The position numbers and the translations under genes were made by a program. A DNA stretch of 62,656 nucleotides, counting the filler. It is 4 parts of 4 records of this genome, joined end to end, with 100 filler letters (N's around TTAATTAATTAA, not from the genome) between each part and the next. Parts side by side here need not be neighbours in the genome. Positions count along the whole stretch, not along the records: positions 21,707 to 45,877 come from SRR22947727_2830; 3 more parts are not named here. One strand, given 5' to 3'. Positions 30,615 to 40,208 of this stretch are shown piece by piece (the stretch's first letter is position 1; each line of letters starts with the position of its first letter). Under the pieces are notes generated by a model. It saw only the letters and a list, made by a program, of their open reading frames with translations, ran no database searches and had not been told where the DNA came from.

Positions 30615-32021
30615 GTGGCAATGACGCTGTTTGATAAGCTCTGGCAGGAGCATGAGGTGGAGACGCTCTCCGAGCGTCAGTCCCTCCTGTACGTCGATCG
30701 CATTTTTCTTCATGAACGAACGGGCAGCGTAGCACTGAATAGTTTGCTTGAGCATGGCCGTCCTGTGCGACGCCGGCAGCATGCTTTTTGCACGATGGAT
30801 CATATTGTGGATACGATCCCTGGGCGGAGTGACGACACACTGATGCCCAGCGGGCGCGATTTTATTGTTGCCACCCGAAGCGCTGCGCGTGAGACAGGTA
30901 TTCAATTATTCGATATTCAGGATCCCGATCAGGGCATCGTGCACGTGATCTCCCCAGAATTAGGTATTGCATTACCCGGCTTGTCATTAATTTGCCCTGA
31001 TAGCCATACCTGCACCTTGGGTGGCTTGGGTGTGTTGGCGTGGGGGGTGGGATCAACCGAGGCAGAGCATGCCCTGGCAACCAGTACGCTTAGGGTAACT
31101 CGACCGCAAACGATGCGAGTGCAGTTTATCGGCAGTATGGCTGAGCATGTCACCGCCAAAGACCTTATTCTTTATACGATTCGGTCGTTGTCCGCGTCGG
31201 GGGGCGCAGGATACGCCATCGAATTTGCGGGTCCGGCTATTGTGGCGCTGCCAGTTGAGTCACGGCTCACCCTTTGCAATATGGCGACAGAACTCTCTGC
31301 GTTTACCGGGCTGATTGCCCCCGATGAGCAGGTCATCGATTATTGTCAGGGGCGTCCGTTCGCCCCTCGAGGCGCCGCATGGGAGGCGGCTATCCGTCAT
31401 TGGCAGACCTTGCAAAGTGATGCAGATGCCCAATTCGATAGCGAGCACCGCATTGATATTGGTTCCTTGAAACCACAGCTAACATGGGGAACCAGTCCGC
31501 AACACTGTATTGACTGGGATGAGGAAATTCCCGGTGCGGGAGAGGCGCCAGACGAGGCAACGGCAGCATCTTGGCAGCAGGCGCAGGCGTACATGGGCGT
31601 GACGGCGGGGCACCGCTTATCGGACTATCCGCTCGACGCTGCTTTTATTGGCTCGTGCACGAATAGCCGCTTATCAGACTTACGCGATGCGGCGAGCTAT
31701 CTGACGCAGACGGGGCACCGTGTTGCAAAAGGCGTAAAGGCCCTGTGCGTGCCCGGCAGTGGTCGCGTCAAGCGAGCCGCGGAAGCGGAAGGCATTGACG
31801 CCGTTTTTCGTCAAGCTGGGTTTGAATGGAGAGAGCCCGGTTGCTCGATGTGTTTCTTTGCCGGGGGGGAGAGCCTTGGGGAGGGTGTGCGGGTCGCTTC
31901 CACCACCAATCGCAATTTTCAGGGACGTCAGGGTCTGGGTGTCAGAACGCATCTTGGCAGTCCGCTGAGCGTTGTAGCGAGCGCTTGTGCCGGGCACTTG
32001 TTAGCCGATATGACGCCATGA
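30615..32021 (+). CDS. Aconitase-family hydratase large subunit (LeuC paralogue, probably catabolic)
   Basis: QGIVHV, CPDSHTCT, FIGSCTNSR, PGCSMC, STTNRNFQGRQG; divergent residues and no leuA/leuB neighbours. Confidence 0.88.
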   Translation: MAMTLFDKLWQEHEVETLSERQSLLYVDRIFLHERTGSVALNSLLEHGRPVRRRQHAFCTMDHIVDTIPGRSDDTLMPSGRDFIVATRSAARETGIQLFDIQDPDQGIVHVISPELGIALPGLSLICPDSHTCTLGGLGVLAWGVGSTEAEHALATSTLRVTRPQTMRVQFIGSMAEHVTAKDLILYTIRSLSASGGAGYAIEFAGPAIVALPVESRLTLCNMATELSAFTGLIAPDEQVIDYCQGRPFAPRGAAWEAAIRHWQTLQSDADAQFDSEHRIDIGSLKPQLTWGTSPQHCIDWDEEIPGAGEAPDEATAASWQQAQAYMGVTAGHRLSDYPLDAAFIGSCTNSRLSDLRDAASYLTQTGHRVAKGVKALCVPGSGRVKRAAEAEGIDAVFRQAGFEWREPGCSMCFFAGGESLGEGVRVASTTNRNFQGRQGLGVRTHLGSPLSVVASACAGHLLADMTP

Positions 32022-32653
32022 CACCTTTCACGTTGCATCAGGGTATTGCCGCACCGCTTCTACGGGATAACATTGATACCGACACGATTATTCCCTCGCG
32101 GGAGATGCGGACGGTTTCGCGCTCTGGCCTTGCCGACGGATTGTTTGCACCGTGGCGTTACACCGATGTGGATGCGCGGGTGGCGCACCCCGATTTTGTG
32201 CTCAATCAAGCGTGCTATGCGGGTGCTTCCATTATGTTGGCAGGTCTCAATTTTGGCTGTGGCTCCTCTCGAGAACATGCCGTATGGGCCATGATGGAGT
32301 GGGGCGTTAAGGTCGTCATCGCGCCCTCTTTCGCGACGATCTTCCGTAATAATGCGTTGCGCAATGGGCTGCTGACAATCGAGCTAACGCGCGATCGAAT
32401 TGAATGGCTGGCTCATTGGGTTAGCGCTGATCCTCAGGTAAACCCGTTAACGGTGGATCTCCAAGCCTGCACGATTTTGAGTGGGGCGGGCCGCGAGAAA
32501 GAGGTCTTTCAGATCGATCCGATAGCGCGCGCGATGCTCATCGAGGGTCTCGACGAGATTGGACTGACTGAACAGTCACTGAATCACATTGAGGATTTTG
32601 AACATCGTGACCAGCTGCGTCGCCCCTGGGCTTACCTAGTGGACCCGCACTAA
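32018..32653 (+). CDS. Aconitase-family hydratase small subunit (LeuD paralogue)
   Basis: [44 protein letters not shown] coupling. Confidence 0.88.
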   Translation: MTPFTLHQGIAAPLLRDNIDTDTIIPSREMRTVSRSGLADGLFAPWRYTDVDARVAHPDFVLNQACYAGASIMLAGLNFGCGSSREHAVWAMMEWGVKVVIAPSFATIFRNNALRNGLLTIELTRDRIEWLAHWVSADPQVNPLTVDLQACTILSGAGREKEVFQIDPIARAMLIEGLDEIGLTEQSLNHIEDFEHRDQLRRPWAYLVDPH

Positions 32654-33864
32654 GCGTTTAGTATGCCTCTCTCGATTAAGGCGGCAATCTGATCGACATC
32701 AAGCCCCAGCTCTTGCAGCACCTCATGGTTATGTTCGCCGGTCGCGGGGATGTCGCGGTGCAGGGGAGATTTGGTCTGGCCAAACTCAATGGGCAAACGC
32801 GGTAATTGGGTTGCTTCCCCTGCGCGGAGACCCTCGGTGAGATGAACGGGCACTAAGCCATCCGACGCGCTCAAATGGGGATCGTCAAATAAATCGCCGG
32901 GGCGATTGATCGGTGAGAAGGGCAGTCCAGCGCGATCTAGCCGTTCGCTGAGGTCAGCCAAATTCATTGGCGCAAATAAAGTGCGGATATGGGCCAATAG
33001 CGTTTCTCTCGCTGCCACGCGGCCCGCATTGGTGGCTAGGTCTTTGTCGCTGGCCCAATCCGTTAACGCGAACTCAGCACAGAACCGTTGCCACAGGGTA
33101 TCGCTGACGATGCCGACAAAAATCCGCTCTCCCGACGTTAAATCGAAAATGTCATAAATAGCCCATGCCGATTGACGTACTGACATCGGTGGCGGGGCCT
33201 CCCCACTGACTGCCTGCTGCGCCATATGCTGGCCAACTAAAAAAGCGGTGGTTTCAAACAGCGCGCTGGTCACATGTACCCCTTTACCAGAGGCTTGTCG
33301 CTGGTGGAGTGCAGAGAGAATCGCGATGACACCGAACATCCCGCCGGTAATATCAATGACAGAAGAGCCTGCCCGCATCGGCTGATCAGGAAGACCCGTC
33401 ATGTAGGCCAGTCCGCCCATCATTTGGGTCACCTCATCAAGGGCAACGCGGTGCTCATAGGGACCAGACAGAAAGCCTTTGAGAGAACAGTAGATCAAGG
33501 CAGGATGGCTGGGTTCGAGGGTGTCGTAGTCCAATCCCAGATTGGCCATGGTGCCCGGCCGAAAGTTTTCCAGCACAATGTCCGCCGAATGAATAAGGTC
33601 AAGTGCCACTTTGCGACCTTCCGGATTTTTGAGATCGAGGGCGATAGAGCGTTTGTTGCGGTTATACATGGGAAAATAACCGGCTCCTGAGCCTTGCAGA
33701 CGACGGGTGTTGTCGCCGTTGAGCGGTTCGACTTTAATGACATCTGCCCCTAAGTCGCCCAGAATCACACCCGCGGTGGGTCCCATGACCATGTGGGTGA
33801 ATTCGATGACTTTGATACCTTTCAGTGGAGCGCACTGTGCATGCGTCTCCTCGCCCCCCGTCAT
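32650..33864 (-). CDS. Class III CoA-transferase (CaiB/BaiF family)
   Basis: PLKGIKVIEFT, DLGADVIKVE, NRNKRSIALDLK, ENFRPG, GEHNHEVL. Confidence 0.92.
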   Translation of the reverse strand: MTGGEETHAQCAPLKGIKVIEFTHMVMGPTAGVILGDLGADVIKVEPLNGDNTRRLQGSGAGYFPMYNRNKRSIALDLKNPEGRKVALDLIHSADIVLENFRPGTMANLGLDYDTLEPSHPALIYCSLKGFLSGPYEHRVALDEVTQMMGGLAYMTGLPDQPMRAGSSVIDITGGMFGVIAILSALHQRQASGKGVHVTSALFETTAFLVGQHMAQQAVSGEAPPPMSVRQSAWAIYDIFDLTSGERIFVGIVSDTLWQRFCAEFALTDWASDKDLATNAGRVAARETLLAHIRTLFAPMNLADLSERLDRAGLPFSPINRPGDLFDDPHLSASDGLVPVHLTEGLRAGEATQLPRLPIEFGQTKSPLHRDIPATGEHNHEVLQELGLDVDQIAALIERGILNA

Positions 33865-33884
33865 TACTGCATCCCCAGATGATT

Positions 33885-33904
33885 TGTTATGATGTTATAT
33901 CATT
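33885..33904 (+). promoter_or_regulatory. Putative GntR operator, copy 3
   Basis: TGTTATGATGTTATATCATT in the divergent gap between CoA-transferase and reductase. Confidence 0.6.
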
Positions 33905-33940
33905 AAGCTGTTTTAGCTGCCAAGGTGCTTAGGTGACCAG

Positions 33941-34948
33941 ATGACAGAAAATCGAGACAATCAAGGAATCATTCTAGCGCAACGTCCTGATGGGTTGCCT
34001 AATCCGGATGACTTTGCCTTCGAAGTACGACAACTCGGACCGCGAGCTGCCGGAATGATTCGCTGTCAAACCCTGTTTTTATCGCTCGATCCTTATATTC
34101 GCTCGGTCATTGCCGGCAATCACCTGGGGCATGGCATCAATACGGGCGATATTGTGCCGGGCGAGGTGGTGGCCAGAATTATCGAGAGCGATGACCCGAC
34201 ATGGCCAGTGGGAATGCTGGTGCGTTGCCATAGCGGTTGGCAACAGTTCTGCGATCAGCCAGCGGAGGGATTGTCACAGGTACCCCAAGCGCTGAGCCGC
34301 CCGTCACTGACCTTGTCGATATTGGGTATGCCTGGATTGACCGCGTGGGCGGGCATGGTGTCCATTGCTAATGTCCGCGAGGGCGATGTGGTGGTCATTC
34401 CTGCTGCGGTAGGTGGTGTGGGCGCCATGGCAGCGCAATTAGCTCGGCGAGCGGGGGCGACAACGATTGCTGTCACAAGCGGAGCTGAGAAGCGTCGGAT
34501 CGCCCTGGAGACATTGGGGTATGACCATTGCATTGACCGTGTCGATCAAGACCTGGCTGAGGCATTGGCGGACGTCGCGCCACAAGGTGTCTCTGTTTAT
34601 TTTGATTTGGTGGGTGACCCGACGCTCACGACGGTTGCACAGCAACTCGCAATCGGCGGAAGAGTCGTACTCTGTGGATTAATTAAAGACTATAACGGTG
34701 ATCATAAAACGACGGGGCCGCATCCCGGACTCTGGATTACCAAGCGAGCCACTGTCAGTGGATTGGTGGTGTATGACTATGAACCGCAACGCGCTGCCTT
34801 CGAGCAGGAGTTTATCCCCCTTGCTGAGGCGGGTGACTTGGTCGCGAATGAAGAAATGCACGAAGGGTTGGCGTCTGCACCTGACGCATTTTGTCGCCTT
34901 ATGCGAGGAGGCAATACCGGTAAGGTGGTGGTTCATGTCGATAGCTGA
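33941..34948 (+). CDS. NADP-dependent MDR ene-reductase (CurA/prostaglandin reductase-like)
   Basis: LAQRPDGLP, LSLDPY, LGMPGLTAWAG, YFDLVG, GNTGKVVV. Confidence 0.88.
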   Translation: MTENRDNQGIILAQRPDGLPNPDDFAFEVRQLGPRAAGMIRCQTLFLSLDPYIRSVIAGNHLGHGINTGDIVPGEVVARIIESDDPTWPVGMLVRCHSGWQQFCDQPAEGLSQVPQALSRPSLTLSILGMPGLTAWAGMVSIANVREGDVVVIPAAVGGVGAMAAQLARRAGATTIAVTSGAEKRRIALETLGYDHCIDRVDQDLAEALADVAPQGVSVYFDLVGDPTLTTVAQQLAIGGRVVLCGLIKDYNGDHKTTGPHPGLWITKRATVSGLVVYDYEPQRAAFEQEFIPLAEAGDLVANEEMHEGLASAPDAFCRLMRGGNTGKVVVHVDS

Positions 34949-34960
34949 GGAAAATAATCA

Positions 34961-35905
34961 GTGATGAATCCCATCACAATCAGCGAGGTGGGCCCGCGAG
35001 ATGGGCTGCAAAGTGTTGAGACGGTATTGCCGACAGCGGACAAAATGACCTGGATAGAGGCCGAGTACCGCGCGGGTGTTCGAGAAATTGAAGTCGGCTC
35101 CTTTGTATCGCCAAAGATCTTGCCGCAAATGGCGGATACCGCAGTTATCGTGCGGGGTGCCCGGCGATTTGAAGACCTTGTCGTGGCGGTACTGGTACCT
35201 AATGTTCGGGGTTGTGAGGCCGCAATCGAGGCGGGGGCACATAAGATTTCTATCCCGCTGTCACTCAGTGAGACGCATAGCCAGAAAAACGTGCGTCGTG
35301 ATCACAAGCAAATGTTAGAGGAGATTAGTGCCTGCCAAAAACTGGTAGATCAACTGCCGCTCGGAGAGCGTCCTTATTTCGAGGTGGGATTATCGACCGC
35401 GTTTGGCTGCACCATTGAAGGCGTAGTCGAAGAGGCTTTCGTGATCGAGATGGCTGCGCGAGTGCTGGATCTGGGTGTCGCCGAGGTGGGTCTATCGGAT
35501 ACCACCGGAATGGGTAACCCCGCCCATCTGGAAAGATTGGTAACGGGCATTTGGCAGCGGTGTGGTGAGGCTCGACTCACGGGGGTACATCTTCACAACA
35601 CCCGAGGTCAGGGGCTGGCGAATGCATTGCGAGCGATTGAGTTGGGCATTACCACGCTCGACAGTTCCTTGGGCGGTCTGGGCGGATGTCCCTTTGCACC
35701 GGGAGCGAGCGGCAATATTGTGACGGAAGATCTTGTCTTTATGTTGGAATCGATGGGTTACGCGACCGGGATTGATCTGGAAGCGTTATTGGCCGTCCGC
35801 CACCAAGTCGCCACATTACTGCCTGAAGAAGAGTGGTATGGCTTCACGGCTTCTGCTGGACTACCGAAGCATTTTGATACCGCGACTCTGGGGGAGGCAC
35901 CTTAA
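34961..35905 (+). CDS. Hydroxymethylglutaryl-CoA lyase family protein
   Basis: EVGPRDGLQ, STAFGC, SDTTGMG, HLHNTRGQG, GGLGGCPFAPGASGNIVTEDL. Confidence 0.9.
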   Translation: MMNPITISEVGPRDGLQSVETVLPTADKMTWIEAEYRAGVREIEVGSFVSPKILPQMADTAVIVRGARRFEDLVVAVLVPNVRGCEAAIEAGAHKISIPLSLSETHSQKNVRRDHKQMLEEISACQKLVDQLPLGERPYFEVGLSTAFGCTIEGVVEEAFVIEMAARVLDLGVAEVGLSDTTGMGNPAHLERLVTGIWQRCGEARLTGVHLHNTRGQGLANALRAIELGITTLDSSLGGLGGCPFAPGASGNIVTEDLVFMLESMGYATGIDLEALLAVRHQVATLLPEEEWYGFTASAGLPKHFDTATLGEAP

Positions 35906-37353
35906 TGACTGCGGCACCGTCTCTCCTTGTTCGTAATCCGAGGACAGGTGAGTGTGATTACGAGATGCCAGTCGTTTCAGCCGCTGCGATCACGCCAATA
36001 GTCGAGGCGCTGCGTGTGGCACAAACTGACTGGTTGGCGATGGGCGCGACCACTCGATCGCAGTGCCTCAACCGTTTTGCAGAGGCGGTGATGGCGGAGG
36101 TTGAACCACTGGCAGCCGCGCTTGCGATCGATACAGGTCGTTCTACCTTTGCGCAATTTGAAGCAATAAAATCAGTGGAGCTCATCCGCCTGTGGGCTGA
36201 GCGAGCGCCGCCGATTATTGAGCAACTAGCGGGCGCTGGACAATCCGGGCAAGTCCCTGCCGTGCACTATCAACACCGATTGATCCCCTATCAAGTCGTC
36301 GCGGTGATCAGCCCGTGGAATGTGCCTTTGCTATTGGCGATGATCGATAGTCTTGCGGCCTTGTCTGCAGGCTGCTCTGTGCTACTGAAACCCTCAGAGG
36401 TGACGCCTCGATTTATTGAGCCGCTGCAGCGCGCACTCGATACGGTGCCCGAGCTGGCAAGTGTTTTACACATCATCACAGGGGGTCCCGACACCGGCAA
36501 AGCGATGATCGATCAGGTTGACGCAGTCTGCTTCACGGGGAGCGTGAAGACGGGCCGCGATGTCAGCCAGCGAGCGGCGGCCAATTTTATTCCGGCCTTT
36601 TTAGAATTAGGGGGTAAAGATCCTGCGTTGATCTTACCAGATGCCGATTTGCCGCTTGCTGTCCGCGCAGTCGTGCGCAGCGCCATTGGTATGACGGGCC
36701 AGGCCTGCCAGTCATTAGAGCGCATCTATTGCCATGAGGATGTGGCGGAGGCGTTAATCGAGGAGGTGGTCAGTCAGTGTCAGGCGTTATCGTTAACGTG
36801 CACTGAGGATGGTTCGGGTGACATTGCACCACTGATCTTTGCGAGACAAGTTGAGACGATACAGGCGCAAATAGACGACGCGCTTAAGAAGGGGGCGCGT
36901 TGCTTGTTGGGCGGAGAGCCGGTGCATGCTGGGGGTACCTGGTACCCGCCGACTGTGCTGATCAACGTTGATCACGATATGTTGGTCATGCAGGAGGAGA
37001 CCTTTGGGCCTGTTATTCCGATCGCAACGTTTACGGATGTCGAAGAGGCGGTTGCACTGGCGAATGACTCGACTTTTGGGCTGTCGGCGGCGGTCTTCTC
37101 CGCCGATGTCGCGCGGGCACTGGGCGTCGCTGAACGCTTGCAAGTGGGCGCGGTCAGTATCAACGACGCGTCACTAACCGGCATTGTGAACGATGTTGAA
37201 AAAAATAGTTTCCGTTACTCGGGAATGGGCGGTTCCCGAATGGGGGCGGCCGGACTGACTCGTTTTCTTCGTAAGCGTGCCCTGTTGATACAGACCACAG
37301 AGCCCGCGATGATTCAGCTTTTTTCTGATCCAGCACAGGAGCACTCAGTATGA
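35905..37353 (+). CDS. Aldehyde dehydrogenase family protein
   Basis: ISPWNVP, KPSE, FTGS, LELGGKDP, GQAC, EETFGP. Confidence 0.92.
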   Translation: MTAAPSLLVRNPRTGECDYEMPVVSAAAITPIVEALRVAQTDWLAMGATTRSQCLNRFAEAVMAEVEPLAAALAIDTGRSTFAQFEAIKSVELIRLWAERAPPIIEQLAGAGQSGQVPAVHYQHRLIPYQVVAVISPWNVPLLLAMIDSLAALSAGCSVLLKPSEVTPRFIEPLQRALDTVPELASVLHIITGGPDTGKAMIDQVDAVCFTGSVKTGRDVSQRAAANFIPAFLELGGKDPALILPDADLPLAVRAVVRSAIGMTGQACQSLERIYCHEDVAEALIEEVVSQCQALSLTCTEDGSGDIAPLIFARQVETIQAQIDDALKKGARCLLGGEPVHAGGTWYPPTVLINVDHDMLVMQEETFGPVIPIATFTDVEEAVALANDSTFGLSAAVFSADVARALGVAERLQVGAVSINDASLTGIVNDVEKNSFRYSGMGGSRMGAAGLTRFLRKRALLIQTTEPAMIQLFSDPAQEHSV

Positions 37354-37637
37354 CGATGGTTTGCGTTGATTTAAAAACGGGAGAGGCTGGATATCAGCCG
37401 GTTCTCGACTTTCTGACCACAATATTGCCGGACACGCGGGCCTTTGACGGATGTCAGGATTTGCGCGTCTACCTAGAGGATGAGGGCGCGAAAATACTGT
37501 TCATCGAGTATTGGGAGAGTGCCGAACACTATCAGCGTTACCTCAGCTGGCGCACCGAAACGGGCGTCCTTGACGACCTGGTTGCGATGCTGGCTGAGCC
37601 ACCCATTATTCGTATTGCGGAAGATTCGGGTATTTGA
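37350..37637 (+). CDS. Antibiotic biosynthesis monooxygenase (ABM) family protein
   Basis: LPDTRAFDGC, EYWESAEHYQRYLSWR. Confidence 0.8.
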   Translation: MTMVCVDLKTGEAGYQPVLDFLTTILPDTRAFDGCQDLRVYLEDEGAKILFIEYWESAEHYQRYLSWRTETGVLDDLVAMLAEPPIIRIAEDSGI

Positions 37638-37638
37638 G

Positions 37639-38265
37639 GTGCGAGTTTGTCTCGCCCCGGATAGTGGGTTGCTGTCCTCGATAGGACTAATCCTGCTGAT
37701 CGCATTGCTGCTCCCGCTGGCGGGATGGTCACAGCCCATCACTAGTTGTGATTGGGAGGCGGCTCATCCCTCCGACCCTCACCGTGTTGGTCCCGGTGTG
37801 TCCTCGTCTGACGTAAATACCGAGCGGGCTATTGCAGCCTGCAGACAGGCTTTATTGACCAATGCAGAGAGCCCGCGGCTACAGTACCAATTGGCCCGTG
37901 CGATCGTTTACGACGCCGAGCGTCATAACACCGCTAATGAGGAAGGTATGCGGTACCTCGAGCAATCGGCGCGCGCAGGCTATACACAGGCCATGTTCGT
38001 ATACGGATTAATGCTGACAAGCGAAGGTCGGGTTTGTGAAGCACCTTCCTGGATGCGACAGGCAGCAATGGCAGGCCTCAAAGCAGCGCGTATTGGCTAT
38101 GTAGAAGGTGCAACCAGTGGGCGATGGTCCTCATGCGGTATCGCCCTAGATCTGCAGCGCATGGTGGCATTTCTCGATGGCGCCGAAGAGCAGATATCCG
38201 GCTACTATGAAACCCTACTCGTGGCTACGCTGAGAAGCGCACTACAGAGGCTGAACCACGAGTAA
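37639..38265 (+). CDS. Exported Sel1/TPR-like helical protein
   Basis: Signal peptide; CDWEAAHPSDP, AIAAC, RLQYQLARA, SARAGYTQAMFVYG; start uncertain. Confidence 0.7.
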   Translation: MRVCLAPDSGLLSSIGLILLIALLLPLAGWSQPITSCDWEAAHPSDPHRVGPGVSSSDVNTERAIAACRQALLTNAESPRLQYQLARAIVYDAERHNTANEEGMRYLEQSARAGYTQAMFVYGLMLTSEGRVCEAPSWMRQAAMAGLKAARIGYVEGATSGRWSSCGIALDLQRMVAFLDGAEEQISGYYETLLVATLRSALQRLNHE

Positions 38266-38314
38266 ATCCGCGCATAGGCAATGCTGGCGTTGCAGTAGCG
38301 TTTACCAGACTGAA

Positions 38315-38358
38315 TCTGCTGTCTTCACACGCCTAGTCTACTGTCTTCACACGCCTAG
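38315..38358 (+). repeat. 22-bp tandem duplication between convergent genes
   Basis: TCTGCTGTCTTCACACGCCTAG then TCTACTGTCTTCACACGCCTAG. Confidence 0.9.
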
Positions 38359-38438
38359 TATGGCGACGACTTGAGGCCAGCTACTGTCATCAGGTCCTTT
38401 CTCTGCCAGTACTAATAGCGCTTATTGACTGCTCCAGA

Positions 38439-39716
38439 TTACGGGACATAGCCATAGAGTACGCCCGCAATTTTTCGCAGTTGTATCTCCTCAGCCCCCT
38501 CTGTAATGCGATAGCGACGGTGATGTCGATAAATGTGCTCGAAGGGTTTGTGACGCGAGTAGCCTAATCCACCATGAAACTGCATGGCCGTATCGGCGGC
38601 GTTGCACACCAGTCGATTCGCTCGGTAATTACACATCGACACTTTGTCGGTTAGCCGTTTTGCCACATCGACTTTTTCCATCTGGTCCATTTGTGCCGCC
38701 GTCTTGTAGATCAAGAGCCTCAGCATTTCCGCCTCTGTCTGTAGTTCGACCAGTGGAAACTGAATACCTTGATTCACCGCGAGGGGCTTTCCAAAGGGCG
38801 CTCTTTCGCGCGTATAAGCGAAGGTTTCATTAAGGCAGTATTGCGCGGCACCGAGCGAAGATGCGGCCTGTCGGATACGACTTTCATGGACAAAGTGCAT
38901 GGCCACTTTGAGCCCTTGATCGAGCTCACCGAGGACTGCTGAGTCGGCAATAAACACCTCATTGAGGGTGCAGTAGGGATGGTCTGTTGGCATATTAAAA
39001 GTCCACAGGTACTCCCCCACTTCAAAACCTGCTGCATCAGTGGGCACTACAAAGCAGCCAATACCCGAAGCGCTGCCTTGATGTCCAGAGTGCCGTGCGA
39101 AGACTAGAACGTGACTCGCTTTGTGTAACCCCGTCGTCCACATTTTCTCGCCAGTAATACGCCATCCACTGACACCATTGTGAATGGCTCGCTCAGCGCG
39201 AGTCTCCATCCACGTGGCATCTGACCCATGAGCTGACTCAGTGAGACCGAAACACCATCCCAATGCGCCCGTTAACATCGGTTCCATCCATCGGGCTTGC
39301 TGTTCGGGCGTCCCAAAGTCGTGCAGCACCATCGGCGTCATCAAATTACCGACGATCGAGTTCTCATTTTGTAGATCGTTGTGGAGCCCCAAGCCCTTTC
39401 CCGCTAGATGCTCACGGATCCGTGCCATGGCCAAGTTGGTGCCATTTTGGCCCCCATAGGTTTCAGGTAAGGCGTAGCGGAAGTGGCCGGCAGCATCCGC
39501 GCGGCGACGCATCTCTGTGAGCAGTGCTTCCCAGTCTTCGCTGGGTAAGCCATCGCGATCCCAGTCGGTGCGGGCGTGTTCGCGGCGATGATCGAAAAAG
39601 CGAATATTGTCGTCTTGATTCTCAAGCGGCGTAATCTCGCGCTCGATAAAGGCGTCGAGCACGCTCAAGTACTCCTCGATCGATTCAGGAATCTCAAATA
39701 AAAACTGATGCGTCAT
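38439..39716 (-). CDS. Acyl-CoA dehydrogenase family protein
   Basis: FGLTESAHGSDA, ITGEKMW, RAPFGKPL, QFHGGLG, RITEGAEEIQ. Confidence 0.92.
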   Translation of the reverse strand: MTHQFLFEIPESIEEYLSVLDAFIEREITPLENQDDNIRFFDHRREHARTDWDRDGLPSEDWEALLTEMRRRADAAGHFRYALPETYGGQNGTNLAMARIREHLAGKGLGLHNDLQNENSIVGNLMTPMVLHDFGTPEQQARWMEPMLTGALGWCFGLTESAHGSDATWMETRAERAIHNGVSGWRITGEKMWTTGLHKASHVLVFARHSGHQGSASGIGCFVVPTDAAGFEVGEYLWTFNMPTDHPYCTLNEVFIADSAVLGELDQGLKVAMHFVHESRIRQAASSLGAAQYCLNETFAYTRERAPFGKPLAVNQGIQFPLVELQTEAEMLRLLIYKTAAQMDQMEKVDVAKRLTDKVSMCNYRANRLVCNAADTAMQFHGGLGYSRHKPFEHIYRHHRRYRITEGAEEIQLRKIAGVLYGYVP

Positions 39717-39770
39717 AGGTAAATGGTCTCCGAGTGACGTTGAGCCGTTAGCGGAACCGCAACCACGTCG

Positions 39771-40208
39771 TTACCGTGTGTCTGCTACTGGATCGATATC
39801 AGTGGTCAGATAGCGCCATTTTTCAGCTGCTACGACCCGATTAGCATACCGTGGGTTGTTAATGGCGCTGAGCAAAAGCTGTCGCTGTTTGAGGTAATCC
39901 AAAAACGCCGCATCCGGCTTAATCCGTCGTTTGGCGAGGGCTTGCGATATTTGCGGCACAACATCGTCATCGGGTGCTCCATCGGGTATCCATTTACTGA
40001 ACGCGGCGTGATCCAATGCCGACAACCTTGGGCCTAATGCCTGCTCCCGCTGAACAATGCCGATCACGTTAGCGGCCACCCTCGCGTTGAATTGATCCCG
40101 GTCGTTGAGCGCGGGAGTGACGGTCTCAGCGAGAAATCCTTTCACGGCCTGCAGTAATTCCTGGGAGGTGACGTGGGTAGCGGTGATTGATTCGTCAAGT
40201 TCGGTCAC
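39771..40208 (-). CDS. Small helical partner of phosphotransferase (DUF6285/LvaB-like)
   Basis: ELLQAVKGFL..FNARVAANVIGIVQRE..INNPRY; GTGA coupling to upstream gene. Confidence 0.75.
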   Translation of the reverse strand: MTELDESITATHVTSQELLQAVKGFLAETVTPALNDRDQFNARVAANVIGIVQREQALGPRLSALDHAAFSKWIPDGAPDDDVVPQISQALAKRRIKPDAAFLDYLKQRQLLLSAINNPRYANRVVAAEKWRYLTTDIDPVADTR

